Assembly (NCBI GenBank): GCA_051294375.1
Contig: CM119266.1
Span: 1,679,554-1,743,553 of the forward strand
Length of the DNA: 64,000 nucleotides
Source: Paraspadella gotoi
Taxonomy: Eukaryota; Animalia; Chaetognatha
Direction of reading: 5' to 3'
Position 1 is the first letter of the stretch. Each line of letters starts with the position of its first letter. The notes below the pieces were generated by a model. The model had not been told where the DNA came from and made no database searches. It saw only the letters and a program-made list of their open reading frames with translations. A program made the translations under genes and the position numbers. Positions 26,731 to 38,386 of the stretch are shown here, piece by piece.

Positions 26731-29538
26731 ATGACTAAAGGAAAATTAATAAAAAAGAAGAGCAAACGGTTATCTTGTCACAAAAAGTATAAGATTGCAC
26801 GAAAAGTGAGAGAACATAACCGGAAACAGAGAAAAGAAGCCAAGAAGACGGGGAACTCCAAATTTCGACAAGCAAAAAAAGATCCTGGGGTTCCAAATTG
26901 TCCCTTCAAGGTGATAGAGATTGACATTCTAGCTCAAATTTCACAGTTTCTTCCCTTGATTCATGAAGTTAGGATAACATCTTTTATTCTTTCAACTTTA
27001 AACTAAACGCACTTGCTCGATGTCGGGATAAACTGTCTTACTTTTAATCTCGATAACTCCTTCCATTTCCCTTTTTTTTTCACCCTGTAACACACTACCC
27101 TGGTAGGAAGAGGTCTTGAAAGAAGCTGAGCGCCTGAAGAAAGAGGGAGAAGCGATGAAGGAAAAGCAAAAAAGAAAAAGACTCGAGGAGTTGATGAAGC
27201 GGCGAAAAATCGGCGCCTCCTCGGAGAAAGACCTCGTCAAGAATGCCGAGAAGCGCGCCAAGGAGTTCGCCGCCCAAATTGTCGCCGACGAGGATGCCGC
27301 CGCCATGGATACCGCCGAGTCTACTCGCGATCCTTCGCGCAATTACATCCGGGTCTTCAATCGCGTCGTCGAGGCGGCCGACGTGATTCTCGAGGTCCTC
27401 GACGCCCGCGATCCGCTACGCAGCCGGTGTCCGCAGGTGGAGGAGGCCGTGATCAGCGCCGGAACCAACAAGAAGCTGGTCCTCCTCCTCAACAAAGTGG
27501 ACCTGGTGCCCAAGGAAATCGCCGCCAAGTGGATAAAGTATCTTCGGAACGAATTTCCCACTCTCGCCTTTAAGTCCTCCACGCAAAATCAAAAGAATAA
27601 GTTAGCGCGGAGCAAGATGGCGGCGGAAAAGGCCCCGGAAGAGCTTCGCCGATCCTCGCACTGCCTCGGGGCCGACGCCCTTGTCAAGCTGCTTGCTAAC
27701 TACGGTCGCTCCCTCGACGGCAAGACAGCCGTCCGCGTCGGCGTTGTCGGGTTTCCCAACGTCGGCAAGAGCTCCGTAATTAACAGCCTGAAGCGGGCAC
27801 AGGCCTGCGAAACGGGATCGGTTCCTGGCGTCACCAAAACCATGCAGGAGGTGCGGCTGGATAAGCACGTGGTCATGATCGACAGTCCTGGGGTCGTCAT
27901 GTCTTCCAGCGTTGATCCCGTGGACAGGGTGCTGCGGAACTGCACGAGGCTCGACCTCGCCGGCGTCGACGCCAGCCAAGTGGTCGACCGCATTTTGGCC
28001 AGGTGACTTTGGGGCTGGGGGATTTAAAAATACTAAAAACGCATAATTTCTAACTCGCTTTGTCGCCGCCAGGTGTTCCCCGTCGCAGATGACGCTCCTT
28101 TACAAGATCCCCCACTACTCAGACGCCGCTGAATTTCTATCGTCGATGGCTCGAAAGACGGGGCGTTTGAAGAAAGGGGGCGTGCCCGACGTGGAGAGTG
28201 CCGCCGCTCGCGTCGTCGATGACTGGAATGGTGGAAAAATCAGGTGATGTTGAGTGGATAAGGGACTGTGGGCTGAAGAGTGCTATCCGCAACTTCTTTA
28301 GCAGCCATGGAATAAATCCTGGGCTTGGAACCAGGCTTGAGGGTTGTCCATGCCCGCAAGGCTGTTTACGGCCATCCTCACTCTTCCCGCAGGGTAGGTA
28401 CCATGTAGTTACCTTGTCGTCATGAGCGGATGGCTTTACTCAATGAGCCACCGGGTCACGAATGAAAGAGTCATGTTTTATAAGCGGTGCGAACTTGGCG
28501 CAATGCCCGACTACAGTCGTATTAAGTGTCAGACAAGTAGAAAGAAATAATGGAAAGGATAAGAGAGGAAAAATTGATATTCTATAACTAAATATTGGCC
28601 TCAACAAAGTGTAAATTGTAATTAGCCATATATTTTCATGGTAATTTCCGAGGTTCTTGATTATTGAGGAAATTTTTTTTCCCTTAAACTCGATTATTTT
28701 TCAAGCCAGTTCAAGTTTGAAGTTTAAAAATATATTAAAAAATCGGCGTTGCCTTGCAGGTACTACACCCATCCGCCGGATGAGCACACCCTTCCCCGCC
28801 ACCTGACGTCGGAGATCGTGACTTCAATGTCGGCCGCCTTCGATCTCGACGCCATCGAGAATCTTCAGACGCTGACGCTGGACGGACTTCGAGGCACCGA
28901 CGCCGCCCGAGACATGCTCGTCGACTCTGCGGGATTCACCGACGGACGGCTCGAAGAGGCGGGCGAGGAGGATGGCGATGACGATGACGACGAAGACGAT
29001 GACAAAAAGTCGGAATCGATGGTGGATGACTTGGCGGCGGAAGCGGCGAAGATGAAGAGGGGAAACTCAGAAGACGTCGTCGTCGTCGTCGAAGGCCCCT
29101 CGCCCGCCGTCTCCAAGAAAACACTTCTTAAGACCAATAAAGGTAACAATTAAAAAAATTGCGATAAAAACTGGATGTTAGAGATGCTTATAAGAAACAT
29201 GGTTGTATTTTTTAGGAAGCTCTTTTATAACATCTTCAATATGATTGACCACATTACCTCTCCCTCGAACAGGCAAAAGCTTCGCCGATCGACTCCAGGC
29301 GAAGACGTCAAAGCGTCGCGTCACATTTGACGAGTCGTCCAAGAAAGCCGCCGTCGACGCGGAGGCCGATCGAGCGAACAAAGCGCTCAAAAAGCAGTTC
29401 AAGAAGTCGAAGAAGGAGCGGAGGAAGAGCGAGAAGGTCGCGTCATCGTTGGCGTCCGATCTCGATCACGCCCTCAAGAATTTGGGCAAACCAACAAGCG
29501 GCGGAGACGGGGACGGTTATGACTTTAGCGTTTTGTGA
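26731..29538 (+). CDS. GNL3: Nucleostemin/GNL3-like circularly permuted GTPase (multi-exon)
   Basis: N-terminal [24 protein letters not shown]...KDPGVPN; G4 NKVD precedes G1 GFPNVGKSS and G3 DSPG; later exons [10 protein letters not shown] and YYTHPP; C-terminal YDF. Confidence 0.92.
28250..28515 (-). mobile_element. Diverged LTR-like element, family C, in a GNL3 intron, with a twister-like motif at 28306-28405
   Basis: Minus strand begins TGTAGTCGGG and has an A-box-like TGGCTCATTGAG. Motif GT-GA-GGAT-GGCCG-TAA-AC-A-GC-[CTTGCGGG/CCCTCAAG]-CCTGG-TTCC-AA-GC-CCAGG. Ends and TSD uncertain. Confidence 0.6.
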
Positions 29539-29744
29539 TTCGTGCTCGCTCGTTCCGGGGTTCATTTCAGTTTGGTTTTTTTTTTCCCTAAAATTCGCGC
29601 GAATGTTACGCCCATTTTCTTTTTGTAAGGTAAAAAAAAATTATCAGGAAGCAAAAAAGACTCTCATCGTTCGGCGTTCGTTATGGCGCTTTGTTATTAA
29701 CGTCCCTTGTGATAAGAATCTACTCGTTCGCCGCTTGACTCACG

Positions 29745-31295
29745 ATGGCGCTACAAACTGACGCCGTCCCGAGTCGTGCATCGCGGCCCAACGCAACCAG
29801 ACGCATGACCTTCAATCAAATCCTCCTCCGGATCAGCGAAGAGCTCAGAGATGAACACCTGGATCAGCTCAAGTTTTTGCTCCGCGACAAAAATCTTCCC
29901 GGAGCCAAACTCGCCGCCGCGAAGAATGGGCTCGATCTCTTCGAACTTTTGCGGAACAAAAAGCTGATTTCAGAATTAAAAATGACCTTTTTAAGAGATC
30001 ACTTGGCCGCCATAAGACTCCGTAGGATCGCGCGAGAGTTGCTCAATGGAGGTTGCGTGATCGATAGCAACGACCCGCTGCGGACCGTCGACCCTTGGAG
30101 GCTGTTGCTGCTCCAGTGTTCGGAGGAAGTAGGCGATGAGAACCTTCGGAAAATTAAATTTCGTATCAATGGATACGAAGGCCTTAACAGCGAACGGATA
30201 GAGAAAGCCAATTCGCTGTTAGACCTTATTATCATGCTTGAAGAGTCCGGCAAAAGGAAACTGGAAATCCGCAATTTTGTATACAATTCCATGAATGTAC
30301 TAAACAAACCATTGGCGGAAAAAGTCTTTTATTTCAATATCGACCAGGAGGCTTCCAATCAGTCCCAGACAGTCCAACAGCGACCACGGAGGAACGCCCA
30401 TCCTCAAGAGAATCTGACGTGCTTTGTACAACAGACCCAACAACAGAATATGGTTGTAAACATGCCCGTCTTCGTTAATTCCGCACCAGTCTCTGCGGAC
30501 CAAAGCATCGTCCCAAGCTACGATCTACAATCAAAACCCGGGATCTGCTTCATCATTAACATTAAAAAGTTCTATAAAGATAATTCTGTGTCTTCCACCG
30601 CCGACAATGCCAGGGAACCTCCTTTGGAGGAGAGAAATGGCTCCGAGTGCGACGAGCGTCGTCTGTGGTCGACATTTAAAAATCTTGGCTTCAAAGTTGA
30701 AGTCCATCAAGATTTGTCCGATGAGGGATTGGATTCTTTCCTTAACAAATGCCTCGAACGTGATTATAGCGATTTCAGCATCTTCGTCTGCGCCGTCATG
30801 ACTCACGGAAAGGAAGACGTCATCCTTTGCGCAAATGGGATACCCAAGCCCATCATAGAAATCACGAAAAACTTCAGCGCCCGTCAATGCCAGTCGTTAA
30901 TAGGCAAACCCAAGATTTTCCTCTTCCAAGCTTGTCAAACCGCGGATAATGAAGAGTATTCGCCGTTGCCGCCCACGGAAGTGGTGCACGCGGACGGGCT
31001 TGACGCCGTTTCACAGTCGACCACCGATGTGGACGTTTTCGTCGGCTACGCGACGGTCCGCGGCCGGCCGGCTTTTCGCACTGTTAACGGATCCTGGTAC
31101 ATCGAGGCCCTTTGCAACTGCATCGACGAGTTCGCCGATCGGTACCACTTCGCCGATATTCACCTTCGGGTGGTCAACGAGGTGTCAGCGAGAATGACCG
31201 GCCGGTTGAATGGTCGCCTCGTGAGGCAAACGCCCAAATGCGAAACTACCCTGAGTAAACATCTTTATTTCAAGGTCAGGGAACGGCGAAGTTAA
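29745..31295 (+). CDS. CASP8: Initiator caspase with two death-effector domains (caspase-8-like), single exon
   Basis: Two DED-like repeats (LLRISEEL...LKFLL; LLLQCSEEV...KIKF), catalytic THG and QACQT, KPKIF, GSWYI. Confidence 0.85.
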   Translation: MALQTDAVPSRASRPNATRRMTFNQILLRISEELRDEHLDQLKFLLRDKNLPGAKLAAAKNGLDLFELLRNKKLISELKMTFLRDHLAAIRLRRIARELLNGGCVIDSNDPLRTVDPWRLLLLQCSEEVGDENLRKIKFRINGYEGLNSERIEKANSLLDLIIMLEESGKRKLEIRNFVYNSMNVLNKPLAEKVFYFNIDQEASNQSQTVQQRPRRNAHPQENLTCFVQQTQQQNMVVNMPVFVNSAPVSADQSIVPSYDLQSKPGICFIINIKKFYKDNSVSSTADNAREPPLEERNGSECDERRLWSTFKNLGFKVEVHQDLSDEGLDSFLNKCLERDYSDFSIFVCAVMTHGKEDVILCANGIPKPIIEITKNFSARQCQSLIGKPKIFLFQACQTADNEEYSPLPPTEVVHADGLDAVSQSTTDVDVFVGYATVRGRPAFRTVNGSWYIEALCNCIDEFADRYHFADIHLRVVNEVSARMTGRLNGRLVRQTPKCETTLSKHLYFKVRERRS

Positions 31296-31592
31296 AAATT
31301 AAAAGGAAATGAAGTTTCACTAGTCTTTGTGATATTTTACTTATCAAGGAACTTAATACTGTAGCCTATGGTATTAAAACTTTTTGATTGTGTGAGGTTT
31401 TATTCCTATTTCTTATTCTTATTTGAAGTCATTTTACATTTCGATTCTTTTTCTTTTTTTGCGTTTTTACGTGGCTTTAAAAGTAGTCTTGAATTTAATT
31501 TAAATAAATAAATTTAATAATTTAAATTCGTCAAAATATGAAAATGTATTTCATTATATATACTCTTGTGGATAAATACAATACCTTGGAAA

Positions 31593-31738
31593 CTTTCACG
31601 CTTTCGGAGCTTAATAAAAGATTAAGAGCTTTCAATTCCACTTGTAGTCACTTTCACGCTTTCAGCAATCATTCAATACTAATCTTTGTTTCGGAGCTTA
31701 ATAAAAGATTAAGAGCTTTCAATTCTACTTGTAGTCAT
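31593..31738. repeat. Local ~50-bp direct duplication
   Basis: TTTCGGAGCTTAATAAAAGATTAAGAGCTTTCAATTC.ACTTGTAGTCA occurs twice. Confidence 0.8.
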
Positions 31739-31875
31739 AATTACAAGTATAATCATAAGAATTGTAATAATGTTTATTAATTTTGGTGATAGTGTGAAAA
31801 AGAAGCCCATAAAAAACTATGCGATTCGGACTTCCCGCCAAAAAATAACATCATAAGATCATCATCATCATCATA

Positions 31876-34800
31876 ATGTTGGACTCGAAGTCGAAGACCA
31901 AGCCGCGGACGGGGGATTTGGTGTGGGCCATGATGAAGGGATTCTCCTGGTGGCCAGGAAGAATTGAGGAACCTGACCCCGACGTGGAGCCGCCCGCTTT
32001 GGCCAAACAGAAGCCCCACCATTTCTGCTTCTTCTTCGGCTCGGGAAATTAGTAAGAATTATATAATACTTGGTTAGAGGCCGTTTTTTGTAATTTTAAT
32101 GTTTATTGAGACTAAGAGAAAGACACAGAATGAAGTTATTGTGAAAGGTATGTTGGAATTAAAATTTAAATAACTATTCCTTTTTCCCAGCGCGTGGGTT
32201 GAGGAAGAAAAGATGGCCGAGTACGACGAGAATCGGGAAAAGTTGAAACCGAGTGAAGTGAGCAGCAATTTGCAAGAAGCCATCGATCGGATCGAAGAGG
32301 CGCTCGCGATGAGGGTGAGTCCAAGAGAGTGGGTCATGTTTAAGGTCTTAGATAACCAGCATTTGGTCTTCGAACCTCTACCCAAATATTTATCGAATCT
32401 TTGCGTACCTTTCAATTCTGCAGAAACGACTCAAGGATAACGACGCCGCCCCTTATTCCCCGATGTTCGACGACGACGACGACGATTCTGCCTTATCCTC
32501 GACGCTGCTTCGACCGATCCTCACCCAGCGGCAGAACTCTAACGATTCGGTGTCGGATTCTGACCTTCCGCACGGAGACGATACGCTGCTGAATTCCTAT
32601 TCAAAGCTGCTGCAGGGCGACGCCACCTCCGACGCCGCGTTGGACGGTGTCTCAGCCGAGGAAAATGGCGAGGGCATCGATTCCTCGGTCGATATGCAAC
32701 AGAGGTGAAGTTAGCTTAGATCATTTGGCATTGCTGCATATTTACTAAATATTTTTAATTAGTTAAATCGTTAGTTTTTATATGCCCGCTTGTAGGGACG
32801 CCGAGTCTTTAAACGGCGAAGCGGACTCGCTGAGGCTGTCTCCGCCCCCGTCTTCCAAATCGACGGCGTTGACGACTGAATCCGTTCCGTGTGGCGATGC
32901 TACGGCGTCGTCGGCCAAAACTAAAGCGCCGTCCGAAAAAATAGCCACGCCATCTGTTAATTCTGAGGCTAAGTCGACCACAGCTTTGTTACCTGGTGAA
33001 AAATCGGCGACGCTTTCAAAAGAATCGGCCACTCTCACTAATGATTTGAAAACAACTTCAATAGAATCGGCATCGCCTTCAAAAGAATCGGCATCGCCTT
33101 CAAAAGAATCGGCATCGCCTTCAAAAGAATCTGCATCGCCTTCAAAAGAATCGGTATCGCTTTCAAAAAAGTCAGCATCGCTTTCAAAAGAATCGGCATC
33201 GCCTTCAAAAGAATCGGCGGCGCCTTCAAAGGAATCGTCGGTACATTTGAAGGAATCCGCGGCGCCCTTGAAAGATTCCGCGGCGGCCCTTAAAAGAATC
33301 GTCGAAGCGCAAGTCGCCGTCGGACGATGACGCCAAGTTGGATCACACCGCCATAAACGCCGGTCAGAAAAGTTTGTTTGGTCTTTAATTAGAGAAATTT
33401 AATGAACTTACCTGATAGTTATTATAATATTCGCAACATCCTTCAGACTTCGAGGGAAAAGCGAAGCGCGCGAGAAAAGTTCCCTCAAAATTGGCGGATT
33501 TCGCGATCGGCGTTTCCGCCGAGATGAGGATTCAACCGCCGGTGAGGACATTCAGCCGCAAGTCGAGCGCTGGTTCCGGCGCCGGAGCTGGTCAGGCCGG
33601 AAATTCTGAACACTCAGACGGTTAGTTTTTTTTTGTGGGAATGAAAGCCTAGTAATATTGAACCGATTCCATTTTCGGTTCTGAGTTTTGATCAATTATC
33701 TTATCAATCTTTAGGAACCGACTCTACCTTAAGCACAACCACTCCCTCCTCCGCCGTCAAAAACAGCATTAACAACAACCTCTCGGCCGCTAAAGTCTCT
33801 AGAAATTCCAAGAAACTCGATCCCTCCGTCACAAACAGGTTTGCTTTTTTTTTTCAATCGTGTCGGACTTTGTAAGTCAACTTCCTCGCCAATAGAAGGT
33901 CTATTGTCTCGGGCGACTGATTTGTTAAAGTGGTGCCTATTTTTTTTTTTGGCGTGTGTTTATTTGGATTGTGGGAACGAAAGTCGTACTCAAATCGTGG
34001 GAAGAAACCTTAAACATTAACGTAAGTTTACCATGTTATAACAAGTCGTTGTTAAAATCATCCCCCACCCATTCCAGCACGTCGTCGACGTCCTCGACAA
34101 AGCCTCGACAAAAGGCACCCTCATCTCTCCGCTTTGGCTTCCTCGGTCTCGGCGCCATGGGCTCCGGAATGGCGGCTTCCCTTGTCTCCGCCGGTCACGA
34201 CGTCGTCGTCTGGAACCGAACTGCGTCAAAGTGTCGCGAGGTGGTGAGGGCCGGGGCCAGCAGGGGCGCCTCAGCCGCTGAGGTCGTCCGCGACTGCGAC
34301 GTGACCTTCTCGTGCCTCGCCGATCCCGCGGCGCTGAAGGAGGTCGTCTTTGGCAGCAATGGGGCGTTGCTGGGCATCGCCGACGGAAAAGGTGCGAGGG
34401 GATTAATGGGGGACCGATGAGAACGGATCCGCTTCCCATTCTCGGTGTCCTCTGCCCGTTTTGAAATACTTGGTGACAATTTTACAAGCGCCGGTAAAAA
34501 AACCAGTGGTTATTTCATTGATTTTAAAAATTAGTTGAGTAGAAAATATTAAAATAATTTGTGTTCAAATTTTATATTGATCTGTTAAGATATGCCCTGA
34601 CAATGAGTTGAGAAAGTTGGCTTGCAAAATCGGGTTTCATTTTCCAACTCGGTTTTTAAATTCTTTTTTTTTTTCAATTTTTAACACTTTTTTAAACAAA
34701 TTATTTATTAAAATATAAACAATATTATTATCTTCAGAAAGCCCTTAAAAAAATGAAGAGAATGATATACTTACAAAAGCTTTAACATAAAAATTAAGTT

Positions 34801-36404
34801 GCCCAGCCTTGGTTTAATTAAGAGAGTCAAAAGTGAATTATGTAAAATTTTAAATCTTTTTTTAAAATATAACCTGTTTAAATTATTTTAATATAAAAAT
34901 TATTGTTTATATAAGTATCATGAAAGAGCCTGAAAAAAGAAGATTTAAGATAGCCAATCACAATTTGATAAAAATCTTAAATTTACCCTCCAGTTATTGA
35001 TTTTTGGAAAGATGTTTCTTTTTTGAGTATCCTAATTAAATTAAAGCTGGGCCGGTTAAATTTTATATTACAGCATTTGTAAGTTCGTCATTCTATTTAG
35101 ATTTGAAAGTGCTTTTAGAAGATAATAATATTAATATTATTTTGTTTTAAATTTCTTCAGAAATCTTATTGCAAGTAAAAGTAAAATATTGAATCTAAAA
35201 AAGTGAGTTGGAAAATGAAACCCGATTTTACAAGCCAACTTTCTAAACTTACTGTCAAGGCATATCTTAACTGATCAATATAAAATTTGAACATATAAAT
35301 TATTTTAATATTTTTTACTCAACTAATTTTTAAAATCAATGAAATAACCACTGGTTTGCAAATGACAGCGTTTTTTTACCGGCGCTTGTAAAATTGTCAC
35401 CATGTAAATTTTCAACTTTGAATTTACGCTTCAACAAGCACAAACAAACCTGTTTCGTCCCCAAAAAGATCCCACTCAAAATTCTAATAGACGACAATGA
35501 CTACTGGCTACATAAGTTTCGTTTTATTTAGAAAAAATTCGAATTAACTAATTTTACTGTAAATTTTGTAAATGTCTTGTTCCTTTTAATTTTTTAACTT
35601 TCTAGTTTTTCATCATCAACAATCTTGAATTTTCAATATCCCATCCTAGGCTACGTGGACATGTCCTCGGTCGACGTGGACACCTGTCGCGAAGTTGCGG
35701 AGGCGGTGCAGTCACGCGGAGGACGTTTCCTCGAGGCGCCGGTCTGCGGGTCGAAGGATCCCGCCCGACGGGGCCTTCTCACTGTCGTCGCCGCCGGGGA
35801 TAAGGAACTCTACGACCAATGCGAGTCCTGCTTCTCTTCCATGGCCAAGCGATCTTTTTATTTGGGTAATTAATTCTAAATTAAATAAATAATTAAATAA
35901 ATAATTAAAATCCAAATACAAATGTACATAACTGGAGTTTTAAATATAGGCGACATCGGCAACGCGGCTAAGATGAAGTGCGTTCTCAATTTGCTTGACG
36001 GGGTTATGATGGCCGGGCTGGCAGAGGCCATGGCGCTAACGGAACAGGTAAACGGTCGAACCTCTCGGATTTATTTCCAGGAAATCTCGTTAAAAGAAAG
36101 TGGCGTTAAATCTTAGGTTGGACTCCGCCACGCGGACGTGACGGAAGTCCTCGAACTCAGCGGCGTCGACTGCGCCCTCGTCCGCGAGAAGTCGCGCGAG
36201 ATGATCGAGGGCACCTTCACGCCCTCTCTCGCCCTCAAGCATCAGCAGAAGGACCTCAAACTGGCCGTGGATCTCGCAGACGAGCACCACCTCCCGCTCG
36301 TCGTCGGCTCCGCTGCCAACGAACTCTTCAAACGCGCCCGGGCCATGGGTTACGACGAGCACGACAACAGCGCCATCTATCGGGCAGCGCAGTACAATTC
36401 ATGA
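31876..36404 (+). CDS. GLYR1: GLYR1/NP60/N-PAC: PWWP domain plus 3-hydroxyisobutyrate dehydrogenase-like domain (multi-exon)
   Basis: GDLVWAMMKGFSWWPGRI (PWWP), then GFLGLGAMGSGMA, VWNRT, FLEAPVCGSK, AAKMK and LKHQQKDLKLA. Confidence 0.9.
33010..33290 (+). repeat. 21-bp coding tandem repeat (SKESASP)n
   Basis: TCAAAAGAATCGGCATCGCCT units within a GLYR1 exon. Confidence 0.9.
34469..35404. mobile_element. MITE/foldback element with long TIRs and TA flanks (Tc1/mariner-like) in a GLYR1 intron
   Basis: TGGTGACAATTTTACAAGCGCCGGTAAAAAAA ... TTTTTTTACCGGCGCTTGTAAAATTGTCACCA; inverted similarity extends >150 bp; related ends at ~13312 and ~18110-18172. Confidence 0.85.
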
Positions 36405-38386
36405 ATTCGGGGAATAGGGTGCGCTGGGCGCGGAAACCCTCGTGATTCATGAAGGCGGGAAAAAATGAAGAAAAATGGATTTTCTTTTTGCTTTTTTTTT
36501 TTTTATGAAAAAAAAAATCGTCGTACGCGTTGTCGTCTTTTTTTAGTTAAATTCTTGTTGAGTGTAAAGTGCATGAACGGTTGCCGTTCTCATTTCCCAG
36601 AATTTTTGGCACAAATTTTAATACCTGGGAAGTGCTACTAGTCTCACTGTAGTTTTCCCCCACCCCTGCCTCAGATTTAACGTCCAGCATAGCGATAGTT
36701 GTTTCCCTGATATTAAACTAGTCTCTCACGCTAGTTTCTTCCTGCAATGAAACTAGTTTACAGTCGAGCGGTGGAACCATTCATTAGTATATAATTTTAT
36801 TGTGCCAGTTTTCACGTTTTCTTTTTCTTTACTTTTCATAATAGTTTAGTCGTCGATCCAAGGGCCATCTTTATAGAATCCTTTGCTTTTCATATTTAAA
36901 ACAAATTAAAATCAATAAACTTAACATTTTCGCTCACTAATTTGGAATCTCCTTGATGTAAGGCGGCCTAGATCCTCAGTTTTCTGCTCACATCGCGTTA
37001 TTTATCGGTAATCATTTAACCATTCATTGATTTATTATGTACGACGACAATAATCCTGTCATAATCTGGAATCACGTGCCTTTAATATGAAAAATTGACA
37101 TTACTGGTCTTCCTCTTATTAAAAATAAGATCGTTCAATGTTTACTATTATCGCTGTCCTCGTAAATTTTTTTTTTTCGGAGGCAGAGTATTTAATAATA
37201 GTTTTATTCAATTTGGTAGTATTTTTATCTCGCCAGATGTGATAATTGTGATAATCGTTTAAAATTGTTTCTTTGTGCCGTCGTTACGTTTTTTATAATT
37301 AAAAATTCTAAAAGTATAAAAGCTAAAAATTTAAATTTATTTTTTTATCAAGTTTTTTTAAATTGTCAAATTACATATCAATATTCGGATTAGTTTGTTT
37401 TATTTACAAAACAATTATTTATTTTTTTAATTACAAATTATTACGAATTATGATTGATTCTTATAAAAGTATGATATCATAGAAAATTTTTTATTTGCGA
37501 TACTCGTTGCATCAATAAATGATTATCACCACATCAATGAATGATTAACATCATATCTATAAATGACTATGATCATATCAGTGAATGATTATTATCGTAT
37601 CAGTGAATGACTATCATCGCATCAGTGAATGATTATTATTGCATCAATAATCAATTATTATTTTATCAATTATTAATTACCATTATCAATTCATTATCGT
37701 ATTAATCATTCGTTTTTTTCCGGATTTTTTCATTAATTTTCTTTGATAGTAATGTCTGGCGAGATCACTATACTTTTAAGATTTTTTTATTCCTTCCTTC
37801 TTACGTAGTCTGGATAGTGGATATATTTTTTTCCAACGCTTGTATTTACTAATATGTTCCAAAAAGTTTCAATTTTAAAACCAAAAGATTAGAATGATCA
37901 AAATTGCGCCATTTGATTTCTTTGCGTTGATCATTATCCTCCGAATCCCACCTTCCATCCCCGATTTTAATTTTTTTTTTTCTCGTGTTCTTCCTTTATA
38001 CAGAGGGGCGCCCCTCTGGACCGATGAGGAAATGACGTCCACCCAGTTCGATGGATGCAACTTCACCAAAAAAAGAAAAAAAAAAGCCTGGAACTACTAG
38101 TTATTGACGATGCCATTTTTGACCACGTGACACCTTGAAACGATTCTTTTTACCGTCTTATCTACATTGTCGATTGTCGAATGACGATTTACTACGATAA
38201 CCATGTCGCTTGTCTGGACGACTAATATATGAGATTATTATATCTTCCCTCTACTCGCGTCGCTTTTTTTTTTTTACCGCCACCCCGAGCGGCCTCCATC
38301 GGCCAGCCACTTCAAGTTTGGGCTTTATAATGGTCTCTTTGAAAGCGGGACACTAAGCTAACCCGGGCGTCGTGAAGCCGTCGACG

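Noticed and set aside
26911-28760. Intronic snoRNAs in GNL3 (vertebrate GNL3 hosts C/D snoRNAs)
   Set aside because: I found no convincing C (RTGATGA) and D (CTGA) box pair with a terminal stem.
37500-37700. Degenerate ~22-bp ATCAGTGAATGATTATTATCGC tandem
   Set aside because: Low-complexity intergenic minisatellite with no further structure evident.
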